The position numbers and the translations under genes were made by a program. The notes under the pieces were generated by a model, which was not told the origin of the DNA, did not search any database, and saw nothing but the letters and a program-made list of their open reading frames with translations. From positions 6,696,001 to 6,760,000 of the forward strand of contig OZ059899.1 in NCBI GenBank assembly GCA_964057225.1: a stretch of 64,000 nucleotides of DNA. The letters are read 5' to 3'. Of this stretch, positions 38,429-53,200 are shown piece by piece. The stretch's first letter is position 1; every line of letters starts with the position of its first letter. The DNA comes from Auanema rhodensis (Eukaryota; Animalia; Nematoda).

Positions 38429-41400
38429 TTAATTAAATGCTAAATAAAAACTCCAATAAAATATATTGAATATGAAGAACAGTAGAGGAAAAACGACCCG
38501 ACATCTCTCATCTATACGTTGAGCTACTCGTCGTCCACGTAGATTGCGTAGAGTACGTGTCCAATTCAAAGCCCGTCGTGATACATCTAATGTCTATAAT
38601 ATAATAAATGATTTATTATATATTATTTATAAATAAATAAATTCTATTTATTTTAATTTATAACTATCTATGATCATTGCAAATTCAATCATCTATCATC
38701 AGTCAAAAAATGTTAGTAACGTAGGAAAACTAAAATTTCTTGTAAATTGATTCAAGCTAACGCGAACGAATTAGAAGCTCACTCAGATTTTCTACCATTC
38801 AAAGAGGAAACTTCATAATAATTTCTATTGAATAGATACATACATACATTTATCTATAGAATACTCTAATACTGATAGAAGTTCTTCTGAGAATTATGAT
38901 CAAATTGAAATATAGTATATACATACATGCAAAACATGCATAGATTTCGATCCGAAAGCATGAGTTAGCCCTACCAATTCTGAGTCCACTTGTGGTAGCG
39001 TTGTTTATGATTTAAGAGAAAAACAGTACTTTCAAAAACAAAAAACATTTCTCTTCGAATTTTCATTTGCAAAATAGTCAAAGCTAGGCCCATTTAACAG
39101 AGTTGGCAAGAGCAGAAGCATAAGCACTTACAACTTTTCGAATACCGGATACCTGTTGTCGAAGACGAGACAGACTGGCCTTGGACCGTTTCCGTTTCAG
39201 ACGATCCGAGCCAACAAAGTATCTGAAATGAATATTATAAGAATAAATAATTTTGTTTATTTATCTCTTTGTGATGTATATATTTGTATCTAATCATATG
39301 TCAATTAGTTATAGGAATAATCTATATAACTACATATCTATGCATACTTAACATACTTAAATGTTATATCAATATAACTTTCTAGCTTAATTTATAAATT
39401 ATAACAAAAAACTATTTATATATTTTATATTCTAGATTATATGTGTGTATACTTAAAAATAAAATTCTAAGTTCATTTAGCACAGCAAACAGTAACTAAG
39501 CATGCAGTTACATCTAGCTTCAAAATATATTTCTCTACATTACAGCTTTAGCTTTCTAAAAAGGGTAGAAAGCTAATTAATTTAAAAGCTGAACATAGAA
39601 AAACTTTAAAAATCGATTATTTGACCTTATTAGTTCAGTTATAGATGACTGACGTCTGCTGAGACTGTTTCTGAAATTATTAGTGCATAGGTAACCAGGT
39701 TAGTGAGTGCATTATGTATACAATAATCTAATAAATTTAATTATATAAAAACAACATAAATTTAAATATTATTAATATTTTATGTTAATAGAAAAAATAA
39801 TTTAAAAAATGATTAAGTTACCTAGTTCCATTTGAGTTTAAATCAGTTCCAAGACTTCGCAGTCGTGGTTCTCCATCTTCTGGAGGCATCATTGTTAAAG
39901 CTATATGATTATCATGATGATGTTGTGTCATCAAATCGTCATCATTCTGGAAATGCAATTCATTTTAAAAATAAAAAAAAGGTTTGTTCTTAGAGAAATC
40001 TAATCTCTTTGAATAATTCAATAAAAAAATCTAAATATAACACAAAGTACTCCATATAAATATATAAATATATAAGTATATATACATACATATATATACA
40101 TATATGCTGATTTCACAATATATAAAAGCAAAAGGTGCAACTATTAAACTTAAAACATTTCAAAAATACTTTCATGCGAAGAGAAAAAAAAGGAAAAATA
40201 CTTCTCACATATACAACATATGTACATTGCTTCACAACATTAATAATAATACTAAACATCTTTCAATTTTAGATAAATTAATTCAAAATTGAAAGTATGC
40301 TTATGTATTTACAGATCATGCTCCACAATAGAAATAGAGGTCTTAATTAATTTAATATATTATAATTTTAGCTAAAGTTCTCATATTTATATCTATTACT
40401 ACTAATATATTTCATTTTTTTTCAAACGTATTATCGAGATGAATTGAATAAATCCAAATTCTTCACAACATTCAAACTGTCTTTTTCTGTTTTTGTTGAA
40501 TAAATTACAGTTAAACATTGAAAACGACCTATTTACTCTTACCATTACCTCATGAGCTTCAATCTGTAAAACTAATATAGGTATTGTTATATTAAATGTT
40601 ATATTTTCTTTTCATTCTAGCACGATTATTATTAAATTATCTACTTTTTCAAAAGTAAAGCATTTAATAAATTAAATGTTCAGAATATTTATGAATATTC
40701 TGCGTTTGTGCTGTAGATTTTGGGCCCCATATTGATGAAATGGAGTGTTGTTCGTCGTCCGACAAAATCAGGCTTCTGAGTTTGATCTGACAACAGCATC
40801 AACAAAGAGCTGGATATGTGAAAATAGGAAACAACAAAAGCAATGGACAAACAGACAACCAAGCACGTACACTGGATGCTATCCTCCGTACCAAATCATC
40901 TATATCTCTAGCTGCTCCGAATAAAGTTGACAAAGCGGTGTCGACGATTAATGACGGCTGCGCTTCTCCACGAATAATTTCTTGATTTTTAGCGAAGTGG
41001 CAGATTGTGAATTCGATCATAACTCCAAAAACAAATGCCTAAAAATTATGTATTGTATATTATATAATTAGGTTAATTAAAAACGGCATAAATGCCAGAT
41101 TATGATACTATGAGCTAATTCTAAAGTTTTTAATTTTATGTATAATATTTACCATACAAGATCCCATCCAAACATCAATTGCTTTCATATATGAAACTTC
41201 CGGTAAAGCCAATTTTACAGCATTAGCTTGTGTCGAAATTGTCAAAAGTGTAGTAATTGATAATGAGACGCGGGCTGGAGCAGAATCAACATCTAACCAG
41301 AAATTGAACCTAGAAACAGTGACTTACAATATTAATTTGAAACTAATTTTATTTAATATTCGTAACAATTAATAGAAAACAAATTATTCATTAGAATGCG

Positions 41401-44400
41401 TCTATTCTTCAATTAAGTAAAATGAATTTACCAAGAAATGACAACTATTAAGGCTGTTGGTAGATAAGTTTGCATGACATGATGCATCATCTCACGTTCA
41501 ACATAGAACACTGCAGTCATACAACTCCAAATACCTAAATTTAATTTCTTTAATATTTTATGATAGTATTATATAACCAGTTGCATATGTTCCATTACAG
41601 TAACCCGTCTTAATATCTTTTAAGGACATATCTGGCATAGTAATTTCAGGATTGCGATCAATAGGTACAACATCAGGTCCATGAGCCCAGACAAGTCGCA
41701 AAACTGTTTCCGGATAAGCATCTATAAGCATCAATATAAATTTTTATTATTTTTTTCGTTAAAATGCAACCACTGTCGAAGGCTTTTGAAAAATGAAAAT
41801 AATTAATTAGTACGTGAACTAACGGAAAATTGACGTGTTGCCTAATTAGAATTAATTAACTTACATGATAAAACACGAAGAGCACATTGTTGTGAATCAA
41901 GTGGATATTTCCACAAATCCATATTACATGAACTGACCTTTAAAAAAATGATTTTCAAAATTATTAATTGAATATCTAATAATACCAATGAAATTCTAGC
42001 ATCGTACCATACCCGTCCATTAGGATAAACCCATACTAAAAAATTATCATCTGTGATTTCCTAAAATATATCATTAACTTGAAATAAATATATTACTTTA
42101 TTTGTAAATTATATATTAATATTTGGAAAGAATACCTGAAAAGATGCTGATCTAGCATTTGCAAAGTAGACATCTGGATGCCACATCATACCAAAAACTT
42201 TTTTATCTTTTACCAATATTGGTGCTGAGTGATTATGTTTCAATCTATGATCCATCCACTCCTAATTATAATAAAAAACAAAAAAATGAGTTATAAATAT
42301 ATGAAGTAAAACCTGTTGAAAATACATATCCAAGTGATAATCCATAGTCTGAGCACTGAAGGAAGACATTCCTTCTATGAACATAGATAGTGATACATTA
42401 GTTGGAATTCCTGGAATATTATCAGAATTGTTATGAAAATTTAAGAAAATAATGTTATTTGTTTGAAACAATATGCAAATCAATTCATTCTGTAGCTATT
42501 AAGAGTGAAAAAGCTATGCAAAGACACTCTAATTGGATGCTCTGATTAGTTTTGATATTAATCCAGTTAAAGCACTTCTGACAAGAGCCATTTTTTTGTT
42601 AGAAAGGATTCCGAACAGCATAAATTGAACACATCTCATATCAAGTTCATCAGAATTTCCCAAATATCAAGTCAATGATAATATTCCAAAATTTAACGCC
42701 ACAAAGATGATAAGCTCACTCGACTTCTTTGATGTACATACATATATCATATCATATGGTGTAAAGCGTGTGTACCAAGAAATAAAAAAGCTACATCTTA
42801 TTCATATAAGATTTATAGAAAATTAATAAAATTATTATTTCAAAAATATTGTTGATAACTTCAAATAGATGAGTTTCAAGCTTATATCAAGCAGTCAAAT
42901 CGAAAATCTTATTCTCCATATGTTTTGAAACGAAATGTGGCATATTGAAGTGAATCCTACTCGTAGAAATATGTGAAAATATTGTTTTTTAAAACACAAA
43001 AAAGACACTGCGAAACATGAATGTGCATAAGAAAAATGAGAAGCCAGTGTTGAACATAACAGCAATTGAGTCATTGGATGGACCAATTTGTCATTTTAAA
43101 GAAAGCGAAATTCAAAGCCGAATACCAGCACATCAGGAGTCTTTTGTCGATTTAGGAACTCATCAGTTTTGTTAAACTAAGTTTTACAGTTTTGAGCATA
43201 ATTTTGAAACATTTTTTCCGAGTTAGTTCAAGCAGCATACTTTTTGCTGAGACTACTTTCTAAGCAAACGCAATGTTAAACAACAAAACTATGTTATATA
43301 TAGTATAGTATATTATTTTTTTTAAATTCATACTTATAGTATAATTTAAAAAACGACTAAAGACAGATGAAGACAAACGACGTGCTGACATCCTACTGGT
43401 GACTTTTTGTGTGAAACAGTGTGTTTTGTGATTTCGTTCGAAGCATAAAACTCGTTCTAGAAGTCCATATTAGGAGCAAAGCGAAAGGCAAATCAGAAAA
43501 GACAGAAATCTATAGTTGAAAGTCATCAAAGTACGATGTAATTGACAGAAACGTTCCCATTAGATTAGACAGAGAGTGCTACTTTGTAAAAGACAATGAA
43601 GAAAAAAAATTTTAAAAATCACCTGCTCCATGTTTAGCTACGTACTCTGAAGAGGATTACACATAACACTTCAAATTACTATTTTTATAATTAAAATATA
43701 TATAATACATATACAAAAATAAGTGAAATCAATAGATTTTCAAATTTTGTTTCATTTATCAGAATGTTATCCCTCAGATTCCTCCAATCTTATTCCAATA
43801 TTTGGATGTCTTCAATTTTCTTCAAAATTCATATGTTTATTCAGATTCTAATAATCTGTCTAGGTTACAGAGGTGAACAAAAAAAAGCTCTGACAGGACA
43901 AACAACAATATTTCATTGGTTAGCTCACAAAAGTTTATTTTTGCTCAAAAAATTATGATATCGAATAGCTAAGGATTTGTATAAAAATTTTTGAATATTT
44001 TTAGTTGTAGGACGGCTTCTATAATCTCAAATCTTGTTTTGTAAGTTTTCAAAAAAAGGATTAAATCTCAACAGCATTAGGATCAAGTTGTTTTCAATGA
44101 TTCTAAAAATTAATTGAGAATCATGAGGATTTGAGTTGGCTCTCTTCAGCTCTTCTTTTTGAACACCCCTGCCTTCCAAATGAAGAAGAGGGAAGGAAAG
44201 AGAACGGAGAAAGAGCAACGAGACCAAGTTTATAATTCTTTTGACAATCTTCATATGTTTGTGCAAATACAAAATTGATTTTACTATATAGAGAATAGGA
44301 TGTAATTAACAAAAAATTTAAAATGTGATTATCATGTAATTTTGAATACAAACATGATATGAAAAGTGTTTTAATAAAATTCTCAATTGAGAAGAAATAC

Positions 44401-44593
44401 AAATAATTATAAAACTCTAATGAAAATAAAAGTTTTATTTTCATTAGATAAACATACCGTCGTATTGAGTTGGTGTAGCATATTTGTTATAATATGTTTC
44501 ATTACGAAGTAAGTCCAGAAATTCGCGTGATAACGGTATGAAAGCCACGTCCTCTGCGCGGACTGCCAAGAGCAGAAACAACAAATACAACAT
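38429..44593 (-). CDS. lgc-40: Cys-loop ligand-gated chloride channel, LGC-40/LGC-57(GGR-1) group
   Basis: Signal peptide MLYLLFLLLAVRA, WHPDVYFAN, Cys loop CNMDLWKYPLDSQQC, loop C CNGTYATGIWSC, anion-selective PAR motif (SAPARVSLSITTLLT), M3 KAIDVWMGSC and M4 IDERCRVVFPLLFFIFNIFYW. The family call is strong. The symbol rests partly on recalled adjacency of lgc-40 and nlp-2 in C. elegans. Confidence 0.85.
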
Positions 44594-47257
44594 CACGTCA
44601 TACTGAGTAATATATCTATAAGTTTAATTATAATTATATTATAGACGAGTTTTTCAAGTAAAATGAAAGACAATGAAAATGGAAAAAAACGATTTGATTG
44701 AATTCACAAACATACATATACTATACATCTACACAAGGGTGAATACTATATAATTCAAGCTTCAATACAAATATAAAAGAAATGGAAAAGTGAATATCGA
44801 AATGACCAAAACAAGGAGAGAAATACCTTCTTGACTTGTTGACACTCAATGGTTAAAAATAAAAATATATTGAATTTTGTCTGTGATTTTCAGATAAATC
44901 TGCATATTAAAGGCAGTTGATTAATATAAATATAATATTCTCGTATAGTTTTAGCAGCATTTTTTTATTTAATTTAAATCAAATATGAACTGCTACTTCA
45001 AAATAATCTTGATATATTTTAGTTGAAAAATAAAGTTATAAAACAGGAAGGATCACAGGAAAAAATCTTGTTATAGAATCTTTTCTTCTTTTTTTTTTGG
45101 TCTTCAGAAATATTTGCATGAATAAGCTTGTCTTGTAACTTGGTGAGCTCGATTTGGAAAAAAAATTGTTTACTACAATAAATAATTTCTATTGGTACAA
45201 GTCAAAAAGGCATAGTGTACGTTATCTATACATGGGACAGGCGATGGTTCAAATTTCAAGAAAAAAACCAGGCAAATCTTGAATAAGTCATTACAAAAAT
45301 TTGAAAAAAAATTGTGAATAAGGACACACAAGAAAAAAAAATAAAAAGAACATAGTTAAAGTACCAGTGTTGTCATAGCGAAAAGAAGAAAGTTCGGAAT
45401 AATTTGTTATAAAATGAACTTTCAATAAATATTTTCTCTTTATATATTATATTCATAAATTATTTTTATTAATAGTAACAATAGCTTAGAACTAAGCTCA
45501 TATTACTAAATTTTGATGAATGTTAATTTACAATACCAATAACTATCTCTAGATGTGATAATTCGTTTCCCATAATAGGTTTTTAAATTCTATTCAGGTC
45601 AAGCCGTCAATGTTACTTAATGTTCTTTTAAAAGATAATGGGTTTTTTTTGTTTAGTCAATCTTTTCTCTTCATTTGGTACTTGACGCTTTTGTTCCTTT
45701 TTGCTACCCACCCCCATATCCTCTATACCAGAAGTTGAAGCCTGAGGCACAAGAGAAGAAAAAGCTAGAAGTCTCAGTTTCTAGCATGAGCTTAACAGAA
45801 CTCGTCTTGTTGTACTCTCATCAGGATATGATTTGGAGAGAAAAAAAAACATTTTTCGACGTCTCTACCCTCTTCGCAACTCATGAACGCCTGAATGCTT
45901 TGCTGAACAATTTAAAGGTATGAAGTAAATCATCCTTCAAATATGAAATACTAACTTTTTAAATGTATATTACATTAAAAGTTATTCGAAAGGATTTTAA
46001 AAAGTTTTTTCTATATAATTATTTAAATAAACAATTCAAAATTTTAGTTGAATGCTAAGTAGCAACATAAAAAATTCTAAACATTTTATTTCCTATTGAA
46101 CTCTTAATTCATGTTTCAAAACTTATAAATAATGAATTTCAGCATTTTCTGAATATATCTAAAGTTCAAAGTATTATTTCTGAATCTATTCTAGCAAAAG
46201 GAACATGAACGTCTGAAAATATCATCTCTTTCAGTGGAAAAAAAATATTAATATTAAAATAAATCCAATACACTTTTGCTTTTGACTAAGTTCCGAATGA
46301 GCATTAACTTTGAAATATTGCATTTGAAAAAAAGATTCTACATATATTCTTCAATATTACAATGAAGATTATCAAAATTGGAAGTTTTTTTTTAAAGAGA
46401 AGTTTATTCGAAGAAAAAAATGAAAAGATGGATTTTTCAGGTCCAGTTTGAAAAGAGGTGGAATTTGTTTATAAAAGAAGAGTGTATAATGTAAAGACAA
46501 TAGTTATAATGTTTACAGAAAAGGGAAGTTTTTCAAGCTTTTTCAATAGAAAGAACATCAAGTATATTGGAATTATTAGCCATTTCAAAGAAGCCAAATG
46601 TTAAATAGTAAAAAAAAGATAATAAAGCTTAAAAAACAATAAACTTGCAACAAAGAATATATAATAATATTTAATTTAAATCGTTAATAACTTGTTAAAT
46701 TTTCTAAATTTTATATGAAAAGAGAGATCAAATATATATAAACAGAATCTATAGTTGTCATATAAATATTCAGAATAAGAGAAACAAAATAAATAGTTGT
46801 AATATGGCATATAAGAAAGAAAATTTTAAAAATTAATGAAAAAATCTTTGAATAGAATAATACAGCTTTGTGAGACGTTTTGGAGAAGTCTACAACAGCA
46901 TGAGCATTAGTAATGACCAAGTAAGATGTAAGATGAAGAGCATTTTCAATCTTATCCACAATCATCTGATCAGAGCTCGTGAAGTTCTAATAGAAGTACC
47001 ATTCAATTCATAAATGGAATGGCCGAATGAATCTAAGGGAAGTTTAAACAGCAGAAAAAAATACCGCCGAATGCAAGAGCTGCTCCTTACTAACTAAGAC
47101 ACATCTTCTTACATTCTCGCTCTTTAAACTTTTTTCAGAAAATGTTAATAAAATATTCCGTAGGATACATTTATGAACTTCAAGCTTTAACAGCAGCTTA
47201 ACAAATACTTTTCAGCATGATCTAGTTGCATCTGCATCTGTTATGCGGACTTCTTAC

Positions 47258-47278
47258 CTGAAATGAAGGTGGATATGT
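47258..47278 (-). other. Candidate 21-nt upstream exon of the channel gene
   Basis: gttttag|ACATATCCACCTTCATTTCAG|gtaagaa; no ATG; frame-compatible with the exon starting at 44615. Confidence 0.35.
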
Positions 47279-50200
47279 CTAAAACTCGAAAACAATGAAG
47301 TCTTTCATCAAATGACGTGAGAACGGCTAATTCTTTCAACCCACCAGTCATCATAGCGCATTCACTTGTTCGTTTTGAAAAGAAAAAGAAATATGTTATT
47401 CATCTTCGGATCTTAGGTATGCTATGCTGTTCACATGATCAAAAATTTCTCGTCTCATCATCATCATCATTGTGTTCGAAGATAACAATGTGTTGTCCAC
47501 TTCCTTATCCATAAACCAACAACCTTTTCTTACTCCTTGCTCATATTCAATTTTTACCAACATTGCTCTAAGTTGTATTCTATTAAAGCACCATTAATAA
47601 AAGTTATGGTTTCAGAAATTATAAATTCGGCAATGAAAGAATTTGATCGAAAGTTCAAAAATGTGGAGTCTAGATAATCGTGTACAGAAACATTAAATTT
47701 AAATATAATTGGTGCACGTAGAAACCTTTCAACTTTTCAACTTCAAATTTTCCTTTTGAGGTGTCCAAATCTATTTTCAGACAAAAGCGTTGATCTTAGA
47801 ACTACTAATAATTGAATTGGGAATTCAGCACCCCACACTTAGATAAATCTCGCTGTCAAGTTGCAGACAGAGGAGATTAAGAATCTTTAGGAGTACAGGA
47901 TGTTCAACTTCTTTTAGCTGCAAAGGTTTAGAATTTATAGAATAAAAGAATTCCAGACAGGTGAAATAGAACAAAATTAGCAGTAAAGTTTAAGAAAAGA
48001 AAATGGAAAGTTAAAGAAAATCGGAAAGGATAGAGAAATCGAAGAAAGGGGAAACAGGGATATTGGTAAAAGAGTTAAGCTGAATGAAGAAGAAAATAAA
48101 ATAAGTCAAGAGCTCATAAAGCGGATGACTGATGGGAAATCTAAGAAGTACAAGTAGACAGCGATAAAATGAGAAAAAGGATATAAATCTTCATATATGG
48201 ATGATGCGGATAAATTCTTAGCTTAATTCTTTAAGAGAGATTAACAACTAACAAAGAAATTTAGGTTTTTGATTCGTTCATTCCATCATACGTCAAACAG
48301 AAGTTCTTAGGTTTGATTACATACAGATACGATTTTTGAAAAATAATATTTCTTTTTCATCAAAAACAGAAAGTGAATATATGGAAGAATGTAATTTAAT
48401 TATTATAGTAAGAAAGAACGTTATAACATGCACGAGACGACGACCAATGAAAGAATGTCTTGCTGTATCTCATGCCAAATGCAAGACTCCTTTTATAGAA
48501 ATGAAGCTGTCGGTTTTGAAAAGTCTGAAGTGAAACAAGAGAAGAAATGAAATATTTACTTGAAACATGTAGGCTTTTCTTCTGACTGCAATATACATTG
48601 GTGGTAAATGAGTTAATATTTGAATTCAGATCATGATAACCAGCTTAAATATTTCAAATTATGATATTCTTGAAATACATAAATATATCAAGTGTACGAA
48701 ATTTTGGCCAATCATGTAACATAGGAGATATCTCAGCATTTATAGAAGCTATAGACGAAGCTAAACAACTTTTATACATAAGAGGTGAATTGTAGTTGAA
48801 GCATATCGCTTGAATATAGTCATTGCAAGCTTAGGTGCCATCTCAGAGGTCGTGATAATAAACAGACATGAATGAAGTTCACTATATGTATATCTACTTG
48901 TGATTCTGAATCTGGTTAATATGGGGAAAAAACATGAAAGCAAATGCACATGATACAAAGCTCCAAATGAAATAACTGGGAAACGGAATCAGAAACATCC
49001 GGAGCAAACCAGTAAGCTGGGACGAAGGCTCGAGAGGTTAAGGCGATCTCGTCGGAAGTTGTTCCATGTCCAACGTCCGATCTGAACTGGTCTATCGTGG
49101 CCAGTCTTTTCCTTTCTCACTCTCACTTAAATATACGTTCACCCAGCTCATATAAACAATGTAAATTGTTGTATTTTACGCTTAGCTCTCATGCTATTCG
49201 CTACATATCTTAGTCTTTTCCTCTTACACCCCCTCATTCATTTCCTCTCGTATTCTTCTGTTCTATTAATCTTATCTTATAGTCTGTCTCTCTCTCTCCT
49301 TAACTTCTTCACTTTTTATTTCTCATTTTCTCTCTTTTAGGAATATTTTTTTTTCATTATTTGAACGCTCAACATCTTTACAGTTTCCACTTCTCTCTTT
49401 ATTCTGCATGCACTATTATGAAGAAAAAAAAACCTTTAAATTCAGAATAGGATATAATAGACATGATCAAACAAAGAGAATAAAACTTTAAAAAATTAGA
49501 GTATAAAACAGGATCAAAGAATATTTCCTTATTAAGTGATTCAATTTGCAAGAATAATAAGTTGAATTATAATTATTTTAGGCTTTTTAGTATATTTTTA
49601 TTTGAAAAATGTTTAAAATAAACGATGTATATATAGATTAAGACATACAAGGAAGTTCATAAAAATTCTTAAAATATTCAGATAAACTGATTTATGATTA
49701 CTACAAAGAAAATTCAATATAACGCTGGATTTCTTCTTTTTTTGAATAATTTCAATGTACTTTTGAATATTTTGAATATATTGAATCTTTGTATAAACTT
49801 ATTAAATTTGAATTTGATTTCACTTTTAAACGTGATTCATAAAGCGTCATTGTATTCAATGCTACAACTCATAATCGGTTGCTTTTTTTGATTTCCAGAA
49901 AAACTGAAAATCTTATAAAATATAAAAGAATTAGTTTATAAAACAAAATATGTGTAAATAAGAAAATTTACAAATATAAAAAGTTAATTTATAATAAAGG
50001 CACATATTTGTAAATTTGTATATATTTAAATAGTCAATTAATAAAATAGTTTAATTTTGAAATAAAATAAAAGTTATTATATATAAATATATATTTTTTA
50101 TTTTATTTTTAACTATATATATATACATGTATGTTCTATATGTTCTATATACATATTTACATTCGTATATCATACTAGCATTGAGTTAGAAATCTTCAAA

Positions 50201-53200
50201 AAGTCATTCATGTCACATCTACTTCCAGGTATGATGTCAGTAAGGAACAAAAAAGATGGGATCCATAGTTTCCTGAACGAGCCTCCGGACAATTTTGCAA
50301 AAACTCAATGAAGCAGAAATTGGAAGAAAAAAAAGAAGTTCAAAACTGTTTGAAACAATGTTTTAAGATAAATAAAATATAATTTATTTCTGTATATATA
50401 AAAGATAAAAAAATATATTTGAAAAAGGTATAACTACAGTAAAGTTATAGTTCATCAACTATATAGATTGAAATTAGTATTTATATATTTATATTTAAAT
50501 TGTTCTTATTAAAATATTTAAATGAAACTGGAGGTTAGTCAAAAATAGAAGTGAGATGTTGCTGAAAACAGAAAAAAAGCGGAACAAAATTGAAATTGTA
50601 TGTAGTGATAATAGTCCATTAAAGAAGATTAAGTATTTTCTTAATCGAAGGAAATGTGATGATGACGATAATCAAGATGATATTCAAACGTTAAACTAAA
50701 GATTGCTTAAGTTAGTTTTTTTTATTTTCAAATCTTTTTAAATCTTCAATTTGCATGTTGAAAACTATTTATTTTCATTTTCAGTTTATGTCTTTATTGG
50801 TCTACAGCAAGAAGAAAAATGATTTGAATGAGTATAAACCTCTTTAATACTGTCATTTCTCAATAAAATACTATTTTTGAAAAAAACAGAAGTATTCTTT
50901 GATTAGATTTTTTTTGTGGAAAACTTAAAAGGTTCTTGAAAAATAGCTGATTGAAAGAAGATTTTTGAAAAGGGCAAATTATTCATTGCAAAGTATTCTT
51001 ATAATTTTTATATGATGATCAAACAGCACGAGCTCTGAACTTTTACATCTGAAAATGAAGTTAGAAATATTTGAAAGGTTGATAATATAGAAAATATATA
51101 GCTATATGAAGATATACAGAGAAAAATTAATAGAATGAGATGAGACCTGTGATAGAATTTCATGGTCCAATAGCGTGCGTCATAATATTTGGTATAAAAT
51201 TTGTAATATTGTAAATAATTACTTTATTGATTTTATGATAGTTTTAATGGGAAAAAGAGGGGTACAATGACAATGAGGAATGGGAATAAAGACAAAAGAA
51301 TAAGTCAAGAGATGCTTAAAAGGAAACAGAAGACCAGATTCTGATGAAGAGGATCGTATTGCTGTTGAGAAGACTTTAAAGCCTTTTCAAGAATGTTTTA
51401 AAGAAAATAATGTTTTCACTAAATGTAATGTGTTTTATGATGTAGAACATCAGAAAAACGGAAGAAAAGAAGATACGTTTCATAAGTAATATGATTGTAA
51501 GATAAAATATTTATGTGAAAACACTTATATACATATCTTTCTAGCTGACCTGAACAAAAACTATTTGAAATGTATGAATTACATCTGTTCTCTTATAACA
51601 TCTTATTCCAGGTTTTTATCAAATTCAGAATGTAAGACAAAAAAAATTATTGAGAAACAAATCGTGAATGCTGGAACATTTAAGAACAATATAACGAAAT
51701 CTTCGTTTTAAAAATAAGAAAAGAGATGAAGACAAACGATGAAATACATTAAGAAAATCATAAGAAGTTTGTATAAAGAGAATATCTGAAAAATGAAATT
51801 TTAAATTGAAGGTGCCAAGCCAAACAACCATAGGGTTACTACACTTATATTCATAAGAAGAAATGTTTCATGAATTCTTTAAGTTGAATGAAAAATAAAC
51901 TTGTTGAGATAAAAGAGAATGCTTGAATAGTTAAGAAAAGAACCGATTATAAGAGCATATTCAAAGATCTTTTGTATCTAAAATAATGATAATTCTTAAT
52001 GATCAATCAACTAAATGTTTTTTTAATACATAATAAGTATATGATATCTTCATTATCTTCCTTTTTTTTCATAATAATAAAGAGTTTTGTGACCAAACTG
52101 AAATTATATTTTTTATTCTTAATAGTAAAATTATTATATATTATATTTCTACTTGTATTGAATAGATTAAGAAAGATATTTTGAGAGGGTGGGCTGTTGT
52201 TGAAGAAAGATAGAACCTATTGACTCTATTTCAAGCTGGTCATGCATTTCTGAATACAATTCTACTTATGTAATTTATATGAAAAATTGCTTAGATCTTT
52301 AGTTTCAATTTGAACTTTCAAGTGTTAAACCACAAAAAAAAGAAGATCCATGTACTTTTTCGTATTTCAAGCTTTTTTTAATAAAGAATTTACATGACTG
52401 ACCAGGTCTTTTATTGCGTAAATGTTATTTATATTTTTCTTATAATCAAGAAAAAACGTGGCAAACATCTAATTTAAAACAGCATTTCAAAAAACATTTT
52501 TAAAAGTTCGTTTTATTTGAAAAAAAGTAGGAGAGAAACGAAATTAATCAGTAACGAAGAAGGTTTTTAAAGTCAAAAAAGTTGCTAAAACATGAATGAG
52601 ATGCTTTCTTAAATTTTAAAATGTAGTTGAATTGGAAGAATAAATTGAGTGAACTGAATAATCCAACATATTTATAACCTAATGAGGAAAAGATGAGTTT
52701 AACTGGTCTCAAATACACATAGTATATTAATTTCGGAACGAATGAATGAATGTCTTATATTCAATAAAAAAATTCTAATTCATATATATTAGATTATAAG
52801 GAAGTACTTGTGCTGAATAGAAAATTCGATAGAAAATTTGAAAAGTAATAATTCCAATGGTTTTGATTTCAAATATAATTAGGAAAAAGCATAAGTAAAA
52901 TAATTCAATTAGAAGGCTTGAATGGAAATAAAACACAAATTTTATATTTTTTTTTCAAATATTTCAGATTCGTTGAGCATAGTAAGAGAGTTAATTTTAG
53001 ATCAAGCAAGGTGCCATAGTCTCATTGACGACGTTAGTGCGATCGAAACTTTGTGTAGAATCTGATTAATGATAAGAAAAATAGAAGATGAAGAAGATTT
53101 CAATTGAAGTGTAGATGTGTCATTCTGCCATTTATCACCCAAGACACGAGCTAAAAGAAACAATCTGAGGACAGCTGGTCTCAGAGTATGCTTAAAGGCT

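Noticed and set aside
50231-50277. ATGATG...CTGA as a C/D snoRNA
   Set aside because: Imperfect C box, too short, no terminal stem.
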